Shown here piece after piece: positions 58,978-64,000 of a stretch of 64,000 nt of DNA (positions are counted from its first letter, which is position 1; each line of letters starts with the position of its first letter). The stretch comes from an uncultured Gammaproteobacteria bacterium (lineage in GTDB: Bacteria; Pseudomonadota; Gammaproteobacteria; Steroidobacterales; Woeseiaceae): NCBI GenBank assembly GCA_963722775.1, contig CAVROF010000021.1:6668-70667 (forward strand), given 5' to 3'. The notes under the pieces are model-generated. The model made no database searches, had not been told where the DNA came from, and saw only the letters and a list, made by a program, of their open reading frames with translations. The translations under genes and the position numbers were made by a program.

Positions 58978-60834
58978 CTAATTGGACACTTCGAGTCCTG
59001 TTGGTGCATTTGGCCTTGAGGATAGGGTGGCGCGCGCCGCCTCCACTGCCCTGCTCGCATTTACACGACCGTATCCGTGCGTATCACTGTATAAACGATC
59101 CTGACCGTCATTCTCATATTGTGCCTCAGAGGAATCAATCTTGTCGGCCGAGTTGAGCAGAATCTCGACAACCTGCTCCCGAGTGAGCTCGGGATTCACA
59201 CTGAGAACAAGTGCCGCAACCCCTGCAACCAGCGGCGTCGCTGATGACGTGCCCCCGAAACAGGCGGTGTAATTGGGTGATGTGTGGATTTCGGCCACGT
59301 TCGGGTTGCAGCTGCAGTCGCTTGACGTGCCTCGATTGTACCCAGCGCCATCCATGAGGTCCGTCGTCGTAATCTCCAAGGTACCGACCAGTTCATCAGG
59401 CAGACACCCGAAGTCCTCATCACCGATCGCCGACTGCGTAGGGCCTAGCAGTTCCATCCCGTCCCCAAAGCCGCTTTTGCCCCATCTATCGAGGTTTGTA
59501 GAACGGCCAACAGCTATTACCGTCTCGAGCGAAGAGATGTCACGAGTGGGGCCGTTGAAGTTATCGACATTCTGGTTCGTCATTGCAAAGACAACGACTG
59601 CACCCTTGCCATCTCGGCCGTCACTTGCGGCAAACGCTATCGCTTCTTCCACCGCGTCAGTTGGCCTTTGAAGCGAGCCGAGCGGGTAGCCCCAGCTGTT
59701 GCTGATTACATCTGCTCCCATGCTCGCTGCGTAGTAGAACGCGTCGGCGTCTTCTTCAACCGTCCGTCCCTGCGCTATTCCCAGGATCTTCGCTTCCGGA
59801 GCAGCGCCGCATCCACCCAAGTCGTTATCACAAGCCGCCGCTGCAACTCCAGCCGCCGCAGTACCGTGTGGGCGAGAAGTCGTGGGATTATTGGTATTTT
59901 GATCAAAATTCCAGCCACTCCAGTCATCCCGAAAGCCATTCCCGTCGTCGTCCTGGCCGTTGTCGCGTGGAGAATTCTCTGCGGTATTGATGAACCGATT
60001 TGGCAAGAGATCCTCATGTTCACGTTGAACACCTTGCGGGTCGATCACCGCGATCGTGATGCCCTGTCCCTTGCTGATCGCCCATGCCTCAACAACATGA
60101 GCGTCAGCGCCCACCACACCACTGTTCTGACCGGTGTTGTTCAGATGCCACTGGCTAGCAAGAAGCGGGTCATCACTGCGACTGACTTTTTCCACTATGA
60201 GATTCGGATGTGCGTAAACCACACCTTCCTGTTCGAAATATCGTTCTGCAAGCTGCAACGCGCCTACCGCAGTTCCATCATTGGATGTGACAGTATATCG
60301 GTGCCCAAATGGTTTTTTGCCGCGCCGAAACTCACCTGCCTCAACCTTCTGGTGAATTTGGTCAATTTCCTGGGTCGAAAGGCGGTCTTCGAATCTCACC
60401 ATTATCTCATTGGTCGCTACTCCAACGATCGGCGCATCATCACGAGCCTCCGCCCGAATCGGAATTCCAAGATAATCCGCCGATTCAGCACGCGCCATCC
60501 GCAGGAAGTCAGCGCGCTTCGATTCATTGGCCACTCTGGCAATTGCAATCTTACGATCCGAAATGCCAACAGGCATCGCCCGAAGATCGCTTGTCTGGGC
60601 CCTCATGGCCATGCTGACTCGATCGTAATCAATATCGACGGCGACGAAATCCGTCAATAGTTCAATCGGCGCCGAATCACCGTCAGCCCACCTGATCGAA
60701 TATTGTTCGACCTGACCTTGCGCGGCACTTTCACTCGCCGGAAGCGTGAAAGACAGGACCCCAGCTATTGCGATAAGCGCCATAGTGGCCAGAGCTCCAC
60801 GCATTCTCATACGGAATAGATTTAAGTACTTCAT
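58978..60834 (-). CDS. S8-family serine peptidase, kexin/furin-like subgroup, secreted
   Basis: GAGGAG lies 8 nt before ATG 60834 and a signal peptide is present. Motifs are QWHLNNTGQ, IAVID, HGTAAAG, NSWG and GGTSSATPLVAG. Confidence 0.85.
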   Translation of the reverse strand: MKYLNLFRMRMRGALATMALIAIAGVLSFTLPASESAAQGQVEQYSIRWADGDSAPIELLTDFVAVDIDYDRVSMAMRAQTSDLRAMPVGISDRKIAIARVANESKRADFLRMARAESADYLGIPIRAEARDDAPIVGVATNEIMVRFEDRLSTQEIDQIHQKVEAGEFRRGKKPFGHRYTVTSNDGTAVGALQLAERYFEQEGVVYAHPNLIVEKVSRSDDPLLASQWHLNNTGQNSGVVGADAHVVEAWAISKGQGITIAVIDPQGVQREHEDLLPNRFINTAENSPRDNGQDDDGNGFRDDWSGWNFDQNTNNPTTSRPHGTAAAGVAAAACDNDLGGCGAAPEAKILGIAQGRTVEEDADAFYYAASMGADVISNSWGYPLGSLQRPTDAVEEAIAFAASDGRDGKGAVVVFAMTNQNVDNFNGPTRDISSLETVIAVGRSTNLDRWGKSGFGDGMELLGPTQSAIGDEDFGCLPDELVGTLEITTTDLMDGAGYNRGTSSDCSCNPNVAEIHTSPNYTACFGGTSSATPLVAGVAALVLSVNPELTREQVVEILLNSADKIDSSEAQYENDGQDRLYSDTHGYGRVNASRAVEAARATLSSRPNAPTGLEVSN

Positions 60835-60854
60835 CTTCGTTGGCTCCTCTCTGC

Positions 60855-62270
60855 TTATTCTGCGGTACAAATTTTGGGCGACTCACTCGCAGTAGTGTTT
60901 CTTTCCCCCAAATTGGTCTTGATCTTGCCGACGCCCGCCCTCTGCCCATACCAGGCTTTGTGGTATTCGGACGGTGAGCCTGCCGCGGCAACTCGGCCGT
61001 CTTTGTCAGTAAGAAAGAATACGCTTGTACTTCCGCCGATATAGCTTATGCGCCCACCGGTCCAGATTGAATTGGTGACCTGAACTTCGCCTCCCTGCCC
61101 AACGATGCTCACGTACAGAAAGAACGCGTCAGGGTAAGCGCGTAGCAAATCAAGTTGAGCAAGTCTCTCCAAAGGCGCCTTTTCACCAGACTTTGGCGCC
61201 GTGGTAAGGGCCTTTACCAAGTCATCGTACAGCTTGATTACTGCTGGGATCTTCTTCTCCGCCGACTGTGCGTACATAAACGCCTTGTCGTCTTCGTGCT
61301 TTTTTACCGCCTCGTCAGCTTTTTTGATCTCCGCCTGCTTTGCAGCAACTGCAGCAGCATCGACAGGTTTCTTCGCCTCAAGTGCGGCCTTCTCTGCCTT
61401 TTTCTTCGACCGATCTGCTACCAAGACCCTGTACTTCTGAAGTACGTCCTTGTTCGTGTCTTTGATCTTCTTGCGACGCTTCTCAAGCTCGTTTCGTTTG
61501 ATCAGGAGTTGGTCTAGGCGGCTGACGATGACTCCATTTGTTCCATACGACATGCTCGGAATCACAACTACCGCGTCTTTCTTGAGATCCAGGATCGCGG
61601 CAGAAACCTCGGCAAGCAGTGCCTTGTTGTTCAGTGCCAGATTGAATTTGGTCAGTTCCGTATCTTCGCGAAAGTACCCTGCGATATCGGCAATCGAACT
61701 CAGGCTGGCGGATATCAACGAACCGGCGGCAGAGGACTCACGAGATCGAGAATCAAGTTCATCTTCCGTAAATGCCAACCCCGTTCTCTGAAAAGTCTGC
61801 TCAATAACGTTGAGTTGTTGAAGGACTAGATTCCAGCGAGCGCTCAGCTCAGCTATCTCGATCTGGTCTGTCAGGACGATAGCCTTTCCAGTGTCCTTGG
61901 TGGCGCTAGTGACCTTTCTGGCGATATTGCAGGCCGCACCGTCAAGTGATCGATATGCAAGGATTTCAGAGAAATAGCCAGCGCCCTCATTCAGGGTTAC
62001 CGTGCCTTCGAGTTGATCGGTTTCACCTGCGCCGGCCTTAGCCTCTTCGACCTCCGCCAGAGTTTCCCTTTTCTTGGCCTCGGCAATATCGGCCCTCAGC
62101 ACCGCTTCTTCCTTTTCCCTCTCCAACGCCGAATTGGGGTCATCTGATGCTGTTGGGCTGTCCCCGACTTCCGGAGTTACATCCTGGGCCAAAGCAGCGG
62201 GTACAACACAAACAGCCAGACAAGCTGCGACAATCGAGCCTGCAACCTTCAAACTGATCGTATCCAACAT
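60855..62270 (-). CDS. secreted coiled-coil-rich hypothetical protein
   Basis: 471 aa with signal AACLAVCVVPAALAQD and long Lys/Glu/Ala heptad-like stretches (KRRKKIKDTNKDVLQKY...KKAEKAALEAKK). The C-terminus is Gly-rich and beta-like. No family recognised. Confidence 0.6.
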   Translation of the reverse strand: MLDTISLKVAGSIVAACLAVCVVPAALAQDVTPEVGDSPTASDDPNSALEREKEEAVLRADIAEAKKRETLAEVEEAKAGAGETDQLEGTVTLNEGAGYFSEILAYRSLDGAACNIARKVTSATKDTGKAIVLTDQIEIAELSARWNLVLQQLNVIEQTFQRTGLAFTEDELDSRSRESSAAGSLISASLSSIADIAGYFREDTELTKFNLALNNKALLAEVSAAILDLKKDAVVVIPSMSYGTNGVIVSRLDQLLIKRNELEKRRKKIKDTNKDVLQKYRVLVADRSKKKAEKAALEAKKPVDAAAVAAKQAEIKKADEAVKKHEDDKAFMYAQSAEKKIPAVIKLYDDLVKALTTAPKSGEKAPLERLAQLDLLRAYPDAFFLYVSIVGQGGEVQVTNSIWTGGRISYIGGSTSVFFLTDKDGRVAAAGSPSEYHKAWYGQRAGVGKIKTNLGERNTTASESPKICTAE

Positions 62271-62558
62271 TTTGATTTTTCTCTTTTTTTATGTGGCACG
62301 TCGCGCAACGTCACTTGCCAGCCAAGTGAGACCCGCAAGCCGACGTCAGCACGTCTTTAATCTAAGCGTAGCAGGTATTGTTTACCATTTATGGTGGCCG
62401 GTCAGATTTAGTGCGGGTATCTGGGCTATTTCGCACAAGCGCGGCGGTATCGAACTTGCAGTAGCGCAGCAGCTGCTCTTCCAGTTCCATCTTTCGAACC
62501 ATGTCAGTATCGGGACTGCACGCGGAAATGAGGCTGGATTTGGAGAGATAGGGTTTCG

Positions 62559-63041
62559 TTACCAGTCCTTCAGCGGAAAACTCAGCGGCGTCTTGGGCGG
62601 CCAGTTCCCTTCAAGGCATCCCGGCTCCGCCAGTGCTCTTTCCACGCGCCCGGAGAGACCTCGCCAATTACCACTTAGAAAAGCAAGATCAAGTTCAGCA
62701 AGATAACGCGCCCGGGTTGTTGGCGCGTGCTCGCTCGCTGCTTCCAGATCGGCGATGGCTGTCGCATAGGCGTCGGCAAGCACTGCTTCCGTGACCCCTT
62801 TGCGATGTTCTCCTGCACTTCAATCATGTCTTCAGAAGTACTGTCGAATGTTTCTGACCAGAGATGAAAACCGTCGTTGGCACGAATCAGCTACGCGGTG
62901 ACGCGCAACCGATCGCCAGACCGGCGCACCGAAATTCTCAAACGCGAACTCGGCGACCTGGGCCAGGACCCAGCCGATAACCGAATATGCGATGGCAACG
63001 CGTATGACGTTGCGACGTTTCAGTTCAGTAAAAAAGGACAT
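62559..63041 (-). pseudogene. degraded remnant of a TM-anchored TPR-family gene
   Basis: It starts with the intact anchor MSFFTELKRRNVIRVAIAYSVIGWVLAQVAEF. It then jumps out of frame to GDRLRVTA*LIRANDGFHLWSETFD...EDMIEVQENIAKGV with an in-frame TAG where paralogs have Q. About 150 aa between the anchor and this motif are missing. Confidence 0.6.
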
Positions 63042-63312
63042 CCATCCCCCGGTGAACTCAGCAAGTCGTTGTTGTTCTTATTCTTTTTGTTGCTGAATTC
63101 TCGCACATATTGGGGGCTTTGTTTGAGAAGCGAGCACAAGACCCCACCAGCGATACGCGGACTTTCTGTCGGTCGAACGATAACCCGAGCTGACTACAAT
63201 CCATAGCTTGGGTTTGCCAGATCGGCGAGATCCACCGCAACCGCGCCCATATTCATTCTACAATGACCGCTTCGTGTCCAAACTCGCCACCAGGCAACAA
63301 CCAAGGGTGCCC

Positions 63313-64000
63313 ATGCCATACCGCCGTACCATTGTCCTCCTCGCCACCATCCTCATGGCCGCCAACGGGGCGGCCGAAGTACCGGTGCAGGTCGAAACCG
63401 TCTCGAATCGCGCCGTCGTCAAGCAGATCAACGTCACCGGCACCGTGACCTCGCCACGCACGGCCGTGCTGTCTACCGCGGTCGCCGGCATCGTTGCCGA
63501 ACTGACAATTGACGAGGGTGATCGCGTCGAGACCGGTGACGTACTGCTCAAGCTGGATGCTGAACTGGCACAGCTCGCGCTCGAACGTGCCCTCGCCGAG
63601 GTGAAACAGCGTGAAATCGCCGCTGCCGATGCCCGGCGACGTTTCATCGAGGCCGAAGAAGTCGGCACCCAGCGCGGCATTGCGCGCACGCAGATCGAGT
63701 CGCTGCGCGCGGAGGTGTCGAGCGACGAGGCCGCGCTGGCCGCATCGCAGGCCGCGGCGCGCGAGCAGCAGGCCATTGTCGAGCGCAGTACGCTCAGGGC
63801 GCCGTTTGCCGGAGTCATCAGCGAGCGCTTAACAGAGCTCGGCGAGTGGGTGAATCCCGGTGACGGGCTGTTCGAGCTCGTGGCGACGGACAATCTGCGC
63901 TTCGACTTTCGTGTCGGCCAAAATAACTTCGCCGCTTTGTCCCCCGAAACGCCGGTCGAAATCACGCTGGATGCCTTCCCGGATCGTTCGATCCCGGGTT
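63313..64000 (+). CDS. efflux RND transporter periplasmic adaptor subunit (MFP/HlyD family), 3' partial
   Basis: Not in the ORF track because it runs off the window end. Translation is MPYRRTIVLLATILMAANGAAE...AVAGIVAELTIDEGDRVETGDVLLKLD...coiled coil...STLRAPFAGVISER. The track ORF 63258..63965 is its antisense shadow. Confidence 0.85.
   Translation, partial: MPYRRTIVLLATILMAANGAAEVPVQVETVSNRAVVKQINVTGTVTSPRTAVLSTAVAGIVAELTIDEGDRVETGDVLLKLDAELAQLALERALAEVKQREIAAADARRRFIEAEEVGTQRGIARTQIESLRAEVSSDEAALAASQAAAREQQAIVERSTLRAPFAGVISERLTELGEWVNPGDGLFELVATDNLRFDFRVGQNNFAALSPETPVEITLDAFPDRSIPG

Overview
This is a 64-kb, visibly G+C-rich proteobacterial-type chromosomal segment, judged from a TonB-dependent receptor, Tat signals, lipoboxes and an RND adaptor. 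It begins exactly at an AAGCTT (HindIII) site, consistent with the end of a large-insert clone. I can support about 57 protein genes or gene remnants and one tRNA-Gly(CCC). I found no rRNA, CRISPR array, transposase, integrase or phage genes. Contents from left to right: (1) housekeeping and envelope genes (AKR, DsrE-like, OMP, YceH, ABC exporter, cytochrome c); (2) a minus-strand trio of ExeA-like P-loop ATPase fused to FHA, a CPXCG zinc-ribbon ORF and a NYN/LOTUS predicted RNase; (3) a second ATPase-FHA paralog, divergent from a membrane-anchored TPR protein and next to a 1976-aa BNR/HYR surface protein with an 18-unit PALQA repeat; (4) tRNA-Gly and two methyltransferases; (5) a 1.6-kaa GH16 laminarinase-type lipoprotein with five CBM-like modules, three of them near-identical ~490-bp tandem repeats, bracketed by a 134-bp direct repeat of an MFS-gene fragment; (6) an MFS transporter, a TonB receptor and a PHB-depolymerase-type esterase; (7) a KASIII / hydrolase / TetR / acyl-CoA ligase / 2x MaoC / FabG lipid cluster; (8) two IorAB-like molybdopterin oxidoreductase operons; (9) a truncated sppA; (10) a wHTH-TM-TPR (CadC-like) regulator; (11) a visibly lower-GC five-gene operon of secreted proteins (coiled-coil protein, S8 peptidase, propeptide-like lipoprotein, PHP phosphoesterase, S8 peptidase); (12) degraded gene remnants and a partial RND adaptor gene. 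Six conserved genes are each split by one apparent 1-nt indel. This is either poor sequence quality or real gene decay, and I cannot tell which from the sequence. The best candidates for an undescribed system are the secreted protease/PHP operon and the ATPase-FHA modules. All functional calls come from motif recognition by eye; no database search was run.
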